Below are positions 37,890 through 46,653 of a DNA stretch of 64,000 bases, piece after piece. Both the position numbers and the translations under genes were made by a program. Source of the stretch: Bacillota bacterium (lineage in GTDB: Bacteria > Bacillota > Sulfobacillia > JACIYH01); contig JBFLXJ010000011.1 in NCBI GenBank assembly GCA_040757085.1, positions 36,086 to 100,085 of the forward strand, written 5' to 3'. Position 1 is the first letter of the stretch. Every line of letters starts with the position of its first letter. The notes below the pieces were generated by a model. That model made no database searches. It was not told where the DNA came from and saw only the letters and a program-made list of their open reading frames with translations.

Positions 37890-39431
37890 GTGCCCATCTT
37901 GCCCAAGACGTTCGCCGAGATCAACCAGCGCATCCGGGAGGGCAAGGCGGTTGTGGTCACCGCCGAGGAAGTCATCCCGCTGGTGCGGGAGAAGGGCCCC
38001 CGCCGGGTGGCCCAGGAGGTGGATGTGGTTACCACGGCCACCTTCGCCCCCATGTGCTCGTCGGGAGCGTTCCTGAATTTCGGCCACAGCGAACCGCCCA
38101 TCAAGATGCAGTCGGTACGCCTGAATGACGTCCCCGCCCATGCCGGGGTGGCGGCGGTGGACGCCTACCTGGGGGCCACCGAACTCAGCCGCGTGCGGGG
38201 GATGGACTACGGGGGCGCGCACGTCATCGAAGACCTGGTATCGCGGCGGCCGGTCCTGCTGGAGGCGGAGAGCTACGGGACTGACTGTTACCCGCGGCGG
38301 TCGATCCGTACTTTCATCAGCCTGGACTCCCTGAACCAGGCCTACCTTTTTAACCCCCGGAACTGTTATCAGAACTACGCCGCCGCCACCAACGGCTCGG
38401 ACCGGATCATCTACACCTACATGGGCAAGCTCCTGCCCCGCTTCGGTAACGTGACGTATTGCAGTGCCGGCCAGCTCAGCCCCCTGCTCAACGACCCCGA
38501 CCTGCGTACGGTGGGCATTGGCACCCGGGTGTTCCTGGGCGGGGGCATCGGATACGTGGCCTGGGAGGGAACGCAGCATTTCCCGGCGCGCCGTCGCCGG
38601 GGTGACACACCGGTGGGGCCGGCGGCCACCCTGGCGCTGGTAGGGGATTTACGGGGGATGGACCCGCGCTTCCTGCGCGCCGCCACCTTCACGGGCTACG
38701 GGGTCACCCTGTTCGTGGGGGTGGGGATTGCCATCCCCATCCTGGATGAGGATCTGGCTCGCCAGGTGGCGGTGAGCGACCGGGAAATCCACACGGTGGT
38801 CCTGGACTACGGCCAACCCCACCGGGATCGCCCCGTGGTGGCCGAGGTGAGCTACGCGGAGCTACGCTCCGGGCGTGTGCTGTTGCGGGATCGCTGGGTG
38901 CCCGCTGCGCCGCTGTCCAGCCTGCGCAAGGCGCGCGAGATCGCTGTCATCCTGAAAGATTGGGTGGCGAGCGGACGTTTCTTGCTAACGGAGCCGGTTG
39001 CTCCCCTTCCCTGGCGTGATTCCCTGCACACCCTGGCCGTTACTCCGCGGGCCGGAAGCGATCCTGCTGCGGCGGAGACAGCTGCCTCTGCAGAGGGGGA
39101 CGGTCGGGGAGCATCGGGTAGGGCGGGTGTACCTGCTGCCCCGGAGGTCGCGGCCCCGGCGCAGGGGGCCGAGGGCAAGGGGGTAGAGGTTCCCCCCAGC
39201 CCTGCGACCGATCTTCTGCGGAACGGCAGGGGAAGGCCCGAACCGGATGGGGAACGCTGTGTGGCGTGTGGTGCCTGCACCGGGGTGTGCCTGCCGGGGG
39301 CGCTGCACCTTGACCCGGCCACCTGGGAGCTCTGCTGGCGGCCGGATCTGTGCACATCCTGCGCCCTGTGCCTGGATGCTTGCCCGGTGGGGGCCCTGGG
39401 CGTGGCCGTGCCCGCTGGAGGAGAGGGGTGA
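37890..39431 (+). CDS. homocysteine biosynthesis enzyme, COG1900/DUF39 family (sulfur incorporation) with C-terminal 4Fe-4S ferredoxin domain
   Basis: DUF39-type N-terminal region (AVVVTAEEV...VDVVTTATFAPM), C-terminal CVACGACTGVCLPGA...CTSCALCLDACPVGA; sits under SAM riboswitch. Confidence 0.7.
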   Translation: MPILPKTFAEINQRIREGKAVVVTAEEVIPLVREKGPRRVAQEVDVVTTATFAPMCSSGAFLNFGHSEPPIKMQSVRLNDVPAHAGVAAVDAYLGATELSRVRGMDYGGAHVIEDLVSRRPVLLEAESYGTDCYPRRSIRTFISLDSLNQAYLFNPRNCYQNYAAATNGSDRIIYTYMGKLLPRFGNVTYCSAGQLSPLLNDPDLRTVGIGTRVFLGGGIGYVAWEGTQHFPARRRRGDTPVGPAATLALVGDLRGMDPRFLRAATFTGYGVTLFVGVGIAIPILDEDLARQVAVSDREIHTVVLDYGQPHRDRPVVAEVSYAELRSGRVLLRDRWVPAAPLSSLRKAREIAVILKDWVASGRFLLTEPVAPLPWRDSLHTLAVTPRAGSDPAAAETAASAEGDGRGASGRAGVPAAPEVAAPAQGAEGKGVEVPPSPATDLLRNGRGRPEPDGERCVACGACTGVCLPGALHLDPATWELCWRPDLCTSCALCLDACPVGALGVAVPAGGEG

Positions 39432-39435
39432 CCCC

Positions 39436-40177
39436 CGTGCAGGTGGAGGAAAGATTCTACCGCCACGTCATGGGGGGTGCCGACCTGGTCACCTTCCAGG
39501 TGCAGGAAGGAGAAACAGACCTGTGGGTAGGGGTGGATCGGGAGAGTTGGCGTCTCGATCTCCCCGACCGGGTCCGCGAAGTCGTGCGGCGTGTGCGCCG
39601 GGACCTGGAAGACTACATCGGCAGAGACAGCAGGTTTATGACTTCCCTGGTGCCGGTGCCGGTCCCCGAGGATGTCCCCGGCGTGGTCCGCGAGATGGCC
39701 ATTGCCGCTGCCCGGGTGGGGGTAGGTCCCATGGCGGCTGTGGCCGGCGCGGTGGCCGAAGAGGTGGGACGGGCCCTTCTGGGCGAGGCCGGCGAGGTCA
39801 TCGTGGAGAACGGCGGTGACATCTTCCTCTGCAGCCGCAAACCGCGCCGGGTGGCGATCCTGGCCGGAACGTCGCCGTTCTCCATGCGGGTGGGCCTGCT
39901 CATCCGGGGAGACGGCCGTCCCGTGAGCGTGTGCACCTCGGCGGGACGCTGGGGGCATTCGCTGAGTTTGGGGCGGGCGGACGCGGCGGTGGCGGTGGCC
40001 CCGTCAGGGGCTCTGGCCGATGCCGCCGCTACCTGGCTGGGGAACCTGGTTCGGGAAGTGGGGGACCTTCCCACCGCTCTGGAACAGGCCCGCCGCCTGT
40101 CCGGGCTGACGGGGGCGGTGCTGATCAAAGACGCTCAGTTGGCGGCCTGGGGCGACATCCACCTTACCCCCGTCTGA
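39436..40177 (+). CDS. UPF0280/COG2122 (ApbE-like) family protein, partner of COG1900
   Basis: size and conserved blocks (GPMAAVAGAVAEEVG, VIVENGGDIFL) consistent with COG2122; GTG start after GGAGGAGAGGGG. Confidence 0.6.
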
Positions 40178-40286
40178 CCCTCAGGCCGCTCGAAGGCTCG
40201 CCAGGGGCTGCCGGGGTCCCGGCGCCCGGATGCCGGCCCCGGCAGGCGCTGGCTGGCGCGGGTGGTGTGGGCGGGTGGTGGCGGCG

Positions 40287-40316
40287 TTGACAACATGAGC
40301 GGGCAGATGCTATTTT
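40287..40316 (+). promoter_or_regulatory. sigma-A type promoter of hrcA operon (TTGACA-18 nt-TATTTT)
   Basis: TTGACA 40287-40292, TATTTT 40311-40316, immediately upstream of CIRCE. Confidence 0.55.
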
Positions 40317-40327
40317 CTTGATGGGTT

Positions 40328-40354
40328 TTAGCACTCTGCTGGCCGGAGTGCTAA
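40328..40354 (+). promoter_or_regulatory. CIRCE operator (HrcA binding site), perfect consensus
   Basis: TTAGCACTC-TGCTGGCCG-GAGTGCTAA, perfect 9-N9-9 inverted repeat. Confidence 0.85.
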
Positions 40355-40363
40355 GGTGAGACG

Positions 40364-41401
40364 GTGGACGAGCGCAAGCGGAGGATACTGCAGGCCATAG
40401 TGGAGGACTACGTGGCCACGGCCGAGCCGGTGGGTTCTCGCACCATCGCGCGCAAGTACGGGCTCGGGGTCAGCGCGGCCACTATCCGCAATGAGATGGC
40501 GGATCTGGAAGAGTTGGGGTACGTGGAGCAGCCCCATGCTTCGGCGGGGCGTATCCCATCTGACCGGGGATACCGCTACTACGTGGACGAACTGATGGAG
40601 GTGAAGCCGCTACCTGCCCCTGTGGCCGAGCGTGTCCAGGAACTGTGTGAGGGCCGCGTGCGGGCCATGGAAGCGGTGCTTCAGCAGGTGGCGCGCCTCC
40701 TCAGCGAGGCTACCAGTTCGTTGGCCATCCTGGTGGGGCCCCATGCTGGTCAGATGGTGTTCCGCAGCCTGGATCTGGTTCCCATCGGGCCCGGGCGGGC
40801 GCTGCTGGTGGCCGTGGCGGACCTCGGATTGCTGGAGTCGGGTATGGTGGAAGTCCCTGCGGATCTTACCCGGGCTGAACTCCAGTACATCTCCCAGGTG
40901 CTCACCCGGGCGCTGCGTGGCCTGACGGTGCAGGCACTGACTCAGAGCGTATTGCGGGAACTGGACGCGGAGCTGGCCCGTTACCGTCAGGTGCTGGAGC
41001 AGGTCCTGGAGATTCTGGTGGCCTCGGCCGGCGAACATCCCTCCGAGCGTATGTACCTGGTAGGGCTGAGCGCCCTGCTTTCGCAGCCCGAGTTCCACGA
41101 TCGGCAGCGGCTGCGGGCGGTGATATCAGTCCTCGAACAGGAGGTCCTGGTGAAGTACCTGCTTCTGGCCTCGGGGGAGCGAGCGGTGGAGTCGGGGGTG
41201 ACGGTGAGCATAGGCCAGGAGAATCCTCTGGGCGAGGTGCGCGACCTGAGCCTGGTGTTCGCTCCCTATCGGGTGGGCATGTCCCTGGGACGGCTGGCGG
41301 TGATAGGTCCCAAGCGTATGGACTACGGCCGGGTCGTGGGGGCGGTGTCGGAGTTCGAACGGGTACTGAGCGATCTCCTGGGGAGGTGGACCCTCGTGTA
41401 G
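40364..41401 (+). CDS. hrcA: heat-inducible transcription repressor HrcA
   Basis: N-terminal RKRRILQAIVEDYVATAEPVGSRTIARKYGLGVSAATIRNEMADLEELGY; GTG start. Confidence 0.9.
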   Translation: MDERKRRILQAIVEDYVATAEPVGSRTIARKYGLGVSAATIRNEMADLEELGYVEQPHASAGRIPSDRGYRYYVDELMEVKPLPAPVAERVQELCEGRVRAMEAVLQQVARLLSEATSSLAILVGPHAGQMVFRSLDLVPIGPGRALLVAVADLGLLESGMVEVPADLTRAELQYISQVLTRALRGLTVQALTQSVLRELDAELARYRQVLEQVLEILVASAGEHPSERMYLVGLSALLSQPEFHDRQRLRAVISVLEQEVLVKYLLLASGERAVESGVTVSIGQENPLGEVRDLSLVFAPYRVGMSLGRLAVIGPKRMDYGRVVGAVSEFERVLSDLLGRWTLV

Positions 41402-41464
41402 GGAGGGCGTCACCGGCCCCAGATTTCGCTCCTAAATCTTTTTTTTGTGCAGGGAGGTCTATAG

Positions 41465-43060
41465 ATGGCGCTCAAGCAGGTGGCGTCCGGTGCCGAGATC
41501 GACGAAAAGCTGGCGGCCCTATTGACAAATGCCAACGCGGTGCGTGCGATCGCCTCCGCAGTGGAAGGCACCATCGGTCCCAAGGGTCTCAACACCCTGC
41601 TGGTTGACCGCTTCGGAGACGTGACCATAACCAACGACGGGGTGACCATCCTTACCAAGATGGACGTCAACCACCCCGCCGCCAAGATGGTCATCAACGT
41701 GGCCCGTGCCCAGGAAGAGGAAGTGGGGGACGGTACCACAACCGCCACCATCATGGCAGGAGCGCTCCTCACCGAGGGTGTGAACCAGGCGGTGAGAGGG
41801 GTACCGGTGACGCGCATCATCGAGGGGGTCAAGCTCGGCATCCGCAAAGCGATCGAGGAAGTGGAGGCCAGGTCGCGACCGGTAGCCGGAGTGGATGATC
41901 CCATCCTGCGCCGGGTGGCGTACATTTCCGGACGGGAACAGGAGGACATCGCCGACCTGGCGGTGCGGGCGGCCGCCATGGTGGGAAAAGAGAAACTCCT
42001 CGACCGCTCTTTCAAGCTTTCGGACACCGTGGTGGCCAAGGCCGGGGCGGATAACGAAGTGTTCATGGGGGTCATCGTGGACAAGCAACGCACGAACAGG
42101 GAGATGCCCAAAGAGGTGTTCCCCGTCCGGGTCCTGGTGGTGGACGATGCTCTGGAGCCCGAGGAGATAGAAGAGGAAGCCCTCGGCACCGAGGCCGGCT
42201 TTGGCCGCTACATGCAGTTGCAGGAAGAGTTCCGTGCCAACGTGCGCAAGGTGATCTCCCTGGGCGTCAACCTGGTAGTGGTGGACCGCGGAGTGGACGA
42301 GGCCGCGGAGGAAATGTTCACTGACGCCGGGGTCATGGTGCTGCAGCGGGTATCGTCCCGGGAGCTGCGCCAGGTGGCCGAGCATACTGGGGCCAGAGCG
42401 ATCAAGCGCACCGCCCTGCGCAAGGAGCCGGCGGAACTGGAGAAGTATCTGGGCGCGGCGGACCGGGCGTACGAAGACGAGAAGCTGGAGCACGTGCGCA
42501 TCCTGGGTGGAAAGGGCAAGCCCATGGCCACCATCCTGGTGGGTGCAGCCACCCAGGAGGTGGTGGGTGAGCGGGAACGCATCGCCAAAGATGCCACCTC
42601 GGCCGTGCAGGCAGCGGTGCGGGGCGGGGTGGTCCCGGGAGGAGGGGCCATCGAGCTGGCGGTGGCGCGGGAGGTAGAGAAGCTACGCGCCAGCGTGCGG
42701 GGGATGGCAGCCTACGGGGTCGATTGCGTGGCGGAAGCCCTCAAGAAGCCCCTTTCCCAGATTGTGGCCAACGCCGGTTTCAATCCCCTGGAGAAAGTGG
42801 GGGACGTAATCGCTGCTCAGGTGGAGAGGGGCTCGGATTCGCTCGCGGTGGACTGCGACACCGGTGAAGTGGTGGACATGTACGAGGCGGGGGTGGTCGA
42901 TCCCACTCCTGTCAAGACCTATGCTCTGCGGGCGGCGGGAGAGATCGCGGAAGCTATCCTGCGCATCGACACGATCATAAAGAAGAAGGATGAGGGAGGA
43001 CCCGGCCAGCAGGGCGGGGAAGAGACTGGCGGTTCCCCTGGGGGAGAGATGGACTTCTGA
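41465..43060 (+). CDS. group II (thermosome/TCP-1 family, archaeal-type) chaperonin
   Basis: TCP-1 signatures LGPKGLNTLLVDRFGDVTITNDGVTIL, HPAAKM, EVGDGTTTATIMAGALL; 531 aa; GGGAGG RBS. Confidence 0.85.
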   Translation: MALKQVASGAEIDEKLAALLTNANAVRAIASAVEGTIGPKGLNTLLVDRFGDVTITNDGVTILTKMDVNHPAAKMVINVARAQEEEVGDGTTTATIMAGALLTEGVNQAVRGVPVTRIIEGVKLGIRKAIEEVEARSRPVAGVDDPILRRVAYISGREQEDIADLAVRAAAMVGKEKLLDRSFKLSDTVVAKAGADNEVFMGVIVDKQRTNREMPKEVFPVRVLVVDDALEPEEIEEEALGTEAGFGRYMQLQEEFRANVRKVISLGVNLVVVDRGVDEAAEEMFTDAGVMVLQRVSSRELRQVAEHTGARAIKRTALRKEPAELEKYLGAADRAYEDEKLEHVRILGGKGKPMATILVGAATQEVVGERERIAKDATSAVQAAVRGGVVPGGGAIELAVAREVEKLRASVRGMAAYGVDCVAEALKKPLSQIVANAGFNPLEKVGDVIAAQVERGSDSLAVDCDTGEVVDMYEAGVVDPTPVKTYALRAAGEIAEAILRIDTIIKKKDEGGPGQQGGEETGGSPGGEMDF

Positions 43061-43066
43061 CCTGGA

Positions 43067-43357
43067 GTGGTGGGTTTGGAAGCCGGCGATGACCCACTGG
43101 TACTCAAGCTGGCCCAGTACCTGACCACCGAGTTCCGGGAGCGAACCGGGGTGGACCTGCGCTCTGACCCGGTGGCCTGGGACAAAGTCCTGCGGGCGGC
43201 CAGGCAGGCACGCCGGCAACTCGCCCGCTCCACGGTATACAGCGTCTCGCTCCCCTTCCTCGTGAGGGGGAATGAAGGACCCCTTCACCTGGACGTGGTG
43301 ATCACGCAGCGCCAGTTCCTGGAACTCATGATGGGGGAGGTACCCGGGGAGGGCTAG
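43067..43357 (+). pseudogene. Hsp70/DnaK-like fragment (96 aa, corresponds roughly to DnaK residues ~225-320); probable remnant
   Basis: alignable to DnaK segment [58 protein letters not shown]...IKVTRAKLESL (~30% identity by eye); no N-terminal ATPase start or C-terminal SBD. Confidence 0.45.
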
Positions 43358-43359
43358 CT

Positions 43360-44469
43360 TTGCCCGACAAGCGGGACTACTACGAGATCCTCGGTGTGAG
43401 CCGGGATGCCAGCCAGGAGGAAATAAAGAAGGCGTTCCGGCGGCTGGCTCGCCAGTACCACCCGGACGCCAACCCCGGTGACCCCACTGCCGAGGAGAAG
43501 TTCAAACAGATTAACGAGGCGTACGCGGTCCTTTCCGACCCTGAGAAGCGGGCGCGCTACGACGCCTTCGGCGCGGTCGACGGTGCCCCCGACCTGGGGA
43601 GTCCCTTCGCTGGCATCCAGGACCTGTTCGACATGTTCTTCGGGACCGGCCGGCCCCGGGGGCCGCGGCCCCATGAGCCCAAGCGGGGGGCCGACCTGCG
43701 CTTGGATCTGGACATCACCCTGGAGGAAGCCTTCGCCGGGGTCGAGAAAGAGCTGGAAGTACCGCGGGTGGAGCGGTGCCCCATCTGCGATGGGACGGGG
43801 GCCCGGCCCGGGAGTCCACCGGTAATATGTTCCCGATGCCGGGGTAGCGGGCAGGTGGAAACGGTGTCCGACAGCCTGTTCGGTCGCTTCGTCTCCATCC
43901 GCACCTGCCCGGCGTGCGGCGGAGAAGGGAGGGTGGTGACCGACCCCTGTCCCGACTGCGGAGGACTGGGCCGGGTGCGGCGGGTGCGGCACATCAACGT
44001 CAAGGTCCCCCCGGGGGCGGACAGCGGTTTGCGGCTGCGCCTGGCCGAAGAAGGTGAACCCGGTGCCCGGGGTGGACCTCCTGGCGACCTGTACGTGGAC
44101 ATCCATGTGCGGCCGCATCGCTTCTTCCGCCGGGAAGGCGACGACCTGCACTGTGAGGTAACCATCAGTTTCATCCAGGCTGCCCTGGGCACCGTGCTGG
44201 AAGTACCCACTCTGGAGGGGTCAAGTCCGGTTAAGGTGCCCGAGGGGACGCAACCCGGAACGGTGATCCGGCTGCGGGGCCTGGGGATGCCCCGCCTGCG
44301 GGGAGGAGGAAGGGGTGACCTGCACGTACACCTGGACGTGCGCACTCCTACCGGGCTCAGCCCCCGGGAGAAGGAGTTGCTGCGGGAGCTGGCTGCCATC
44401 CGCGGGGAGGGCGTCAAGGGGAAGGACAAGGGGATATGGGGGCGCGTGAAAGAAGCCTGGAACAGCTGA
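43360..44469 (+). CDS. dnaJ: molecular chaperone DnaJ
   Basis: J-domain DYYEILGV...HPD, Gly/Phe region, four CxxCxGxG zinc-finger repeats. Confidence 0.9.
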   Translation: MPDKRDYYEILGVSRDASQEEIKKAFRRLARQYHPDANPGDPTAEEKFKQINEAYAVLSDPEKRARYDAFGAVDGAPDLGSPFAGIQDLFDMFFGTGRPRGPRPHEPKRGADLRLDLDITLEEAFAGVEKELEVPRVERCPICDGTGARPGSPPVICSRCRGSGQVETVSDSLFGRFVSIRTCPACGGEGRVVTDPCPDCGGLGRVRRVRHINVKVPPGADSGLRLRLAEEGEPGARGGPPGDLYVDIHVRPHRFFRREGDDLHCEVTISFIQAALGTVLEVPTLEGSSPVKVPEGTQPGTVIRLRGLGMPRLRGGGRGDLHVHLDVRTPTGLSPREKELLRELAAIRGEGVKGKDKGIWGRVKEAWNS

Positions 44470-45254
44470 ACCCCTGCCCCCATGCCCGCTTCACCGTGGA
44501 AGCGGGGGCCATCCGGGGCGACGAAGTGCTGTTCGGACAGGAGGCGGCCTGGCAAATGGCGCGCGTCCTGCGTCTCGGGCCCGGCCAGGTGGTGGGGGTG
44601 ATGGTGGAAGGGCGGGAACTGGCCGTCAGGCTCGAAGAGGTGGGGCCACGGCAGAGCAGGGGGCGGGTGCTGGGGCCGGTGGACAGGTTCACCGAGCCGG
44701 GGGTAACGGTGGCCATCCTCCAGGCCCTGCTCAAGGGGGACCGCACGGACCTGGTGGTGCAGAAAGCCACCGAACTGGGGGTCAGCTACATCTTCCCCGT
44801 TATCACCGCCCGAACGGTGGTGCGCCCCTCCGCATCCCCAGGGAAATTGCAGAGGTGGGAGAAGATCGCCCGCGAGGCTGCCGAACAGTCACTGCGCACC
44901 CGGGTGCCGGCCATCTTTCCTCCCCAGAATCTGGAGCAGGCCCTGGAGCAGGCCCGTCAGTTGTTGCCGGGGGCTACTCTTGTCGTCCTCTGGGAAGAAG
45001 AGCGGAAGGTGGGTTTGTGCGATGTGCTGGCGGGCGACGGTAAGGAAATCATATTGCTGATGGGACCCGAGGGAGGCCTGACGGCGGACGAGGTGGCCGG
45101 GGTGCTGGCACTGGGTGGCAGGTCGGCCAGCCTGGGTACCCGCATCCTGCGTTCGGAGACGGCGGCGCTCGCTGCCCTCACCCTGGTGCTGGCGTCCCGG
45201 GGCGAGATCGGCCGCGCCCCCGGGGGGTGGAGACCGGGGTGTGTTTCGTCTTGA
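44436..45254 (+). CDS. rsmE: 16S rRNA (uracil1498-N3)-methyltransferase RsmE
   Basis: RsmE-type N-terminus (ARFTV...) and C-terminal SPOUT motif [15 protein letters not shown]...[17 protein letters not shown]; start uncertain (overlaps dnaJ). Confidence 0.75.
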   Translation: MGARERSLEQLNPCPHARFTVEAGAIRGDEVLFGQEAAWQMARVLRLGPGQVVGVMVEGRELAVRLEEVGPRQSRGRVLGPVDRFTEPGVTVAILQALLKGDRTDLVVQKATELGVSYIFPVITARTVVRPSASPGKLQRWEKIAREAAEQSLRTRVPAIFPPQNLEQALEQARQLLPGATLVVLWEEERKVGLCDVLAGDGKEIILLMGPEGGLTADEVAGVLALGGRSASLGTRILRSETAALAALTLVLASRGEIGRAPGGWRPGCVSS

Positions 45255-46633
45255 GCGAGGGCGGGCCGCGGGGGAAGGTGGCCTTTTACACCTTGGGTTG
45301 CAAGGTGAACCGGTACGATACCGAGGCCATGGCCGAACTTTTCCGCCGGGCGGGATGGGAGATAGTCGACTTCCGGGATATGGCCGACGTGTACGTCGTC
45401 AACACGTGCACGGTCACGGCCCGGAGCGAGGCCCAGTCCCGTCAGGCGGTGCGGCAGGCACGGCGTCGGAATCCCGCCGGCCTGGTGGTGGTGTGCGGTT
45501 GTTATCCCCAGGTGCAGGGGGAAGAAGCACTTTCTGCCACGGGCGCCGACGTGGTGCTGGGAACGCGGGGACGGGGTAAGATCGTCTCCCTGGTGGAAAG
45601 GGCCCTGCGGGGCGAGAAGCCCTTGGTGGAGGTGGCGCCCGGGCCCGCCATGAGCACCCGCCCTGCACCGGTTACCCCGGAGGCTGCTACGGCTCCAGAG
45701 CAGTACGAGGAGGTTCCGGTGGTGGGCCAGGGTCGCACGCGGGCTATCCTCAAGGTGCAGGAAGGGTGTAACATGCGCTGTACATACTGCATCGTCCCCG
45801 CTGCCCGGGGACATGCCCGCAGCCGCGACCCGGGGGCTGCCCTGGAGGAAGCCCGCCGCCTGGTGGCGGCCGGGTTCCGGGAGATCGTCCTTACCGGCAT
45901 CCAGCTGGGCGCCTACGGCCGCGACCTGGGCATTCCCGATGGGCTGGCCTGGCTGGTGGAGAAGATGGCCGCCATCGGCGGCCTGTGGAGGCTGCGCCTG
46001 AGTTCCATCGAGCCGGTGGACCTCACGGACGCGCTCGTTGGCACCATGGCTTCTCAGCGGGTTGTTTGCCCCCACCTGCACCTCCCCCTGCAAAGCGGCT
46101 CCGACCGCGTCCTGGCGGCCATGGGGCGGCCTTACTCCGCCGGGGATTACCTGCGCCTGGTGGAGCGGGCCCGGGAAAAGATGCCGGGAATGGCCCTCTC
46201 CACCGACGTGATGGTCGGGTTCCCCGGCGAGACGGACGAGGACTTCGCCGCCACGCTGCAGGTGGTGGAAAAGGCTGGTTTCATGCGGCTGCATGTCTTC
46301 CCCTATTCCCCCAGGCCAGGCACGGCCGCTGCCCGGTTGCCGGACGGGGTGCCCGAGAAAGTGAAGGAGGAGAGGGCTCGCGTCCTGCGCGAACTGGGTA
46401 TGCGTCTGGGCCGGGCCTTTGCGGAGCAAATGGTGGGACAGGTGGTGGAGGTTCTGGCGGAGCGGGAGCAGGACGGCCAGGTGTCCGGGTTGACCCGGAA
46501 CTACGTGAGGGTTCGCTTCCCCGGCGGGCCGGAACTGGAAGGATGCCTGGTCGAGGTGCGCGTCATCGGTGCCGACCCCGACGGTGCGCGGGGCGAGTTG
46601 ACGGGCGTGCTGGCAGCTCCGGAAGACGAATAG
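45227..46633 (+). CDS. mtaB: radical-SAM methylthiotransferase, MtaB (YqeV)-like
   Basis: MTTase N-domain (VAFYTLGCKVNRYDTE), radical SAM CxxxCxxC (CNMRCTYC), TRAM C-terminus; conserved position after rsmE as in Bacillus yqeV. Confidence 0.75.
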   Translation: METGVCFVLSEGGPRGKVAFYTLGCKVNRYDTEAMAELFRRAGWEIVDFRDMADVYVVNTCTVTARSEAQSRQAVRQARRRNPAGLVVVCGCYPQVQGEEALSATGADVVLGTRGRGKIVSLVERALRGEKPLVEVAPGPAMSTRPAPVTPEAATAPEQYEEVPVVGQGRTRAILKVQEGCNMRCTYCIVPAARGHARSRDPGAALEEARRLVAAGFREIVLTGIQLGAYGRDLGIPDGLAWLVEKMAAIGGLWRLRLSSIEPVDLTDALVGTMASQRVVCPHLHLPLQSGSDRVLAAMGRPYSAGDYLRLVERAREKMPGMALSTDVMVGFPGETDEDFAATLQVVEKAGFMRLHVFPYSPRPGTAAARLPDGVPEKVKEERARVLRELGMRLGRAFAEQMVGQVVEVLAEREQDGQVSGLTRNYVRVRFPGGPELEGCLVEVRVIGADPDGARGELTGVLAAPEDE

Positions 46634-46653
46634 GCTAACGCGGGGGTGGGACG

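Noticed and set aside
41402-41464. T8 run (CTCCTAAATCTTTTTTTT) between hrcA and the chaperonin gene as a possible terminator
   Set aside because: The preceding stem is imperfect and weak. It is more likely just AT-rich spacer containing the chaperonin RBS.
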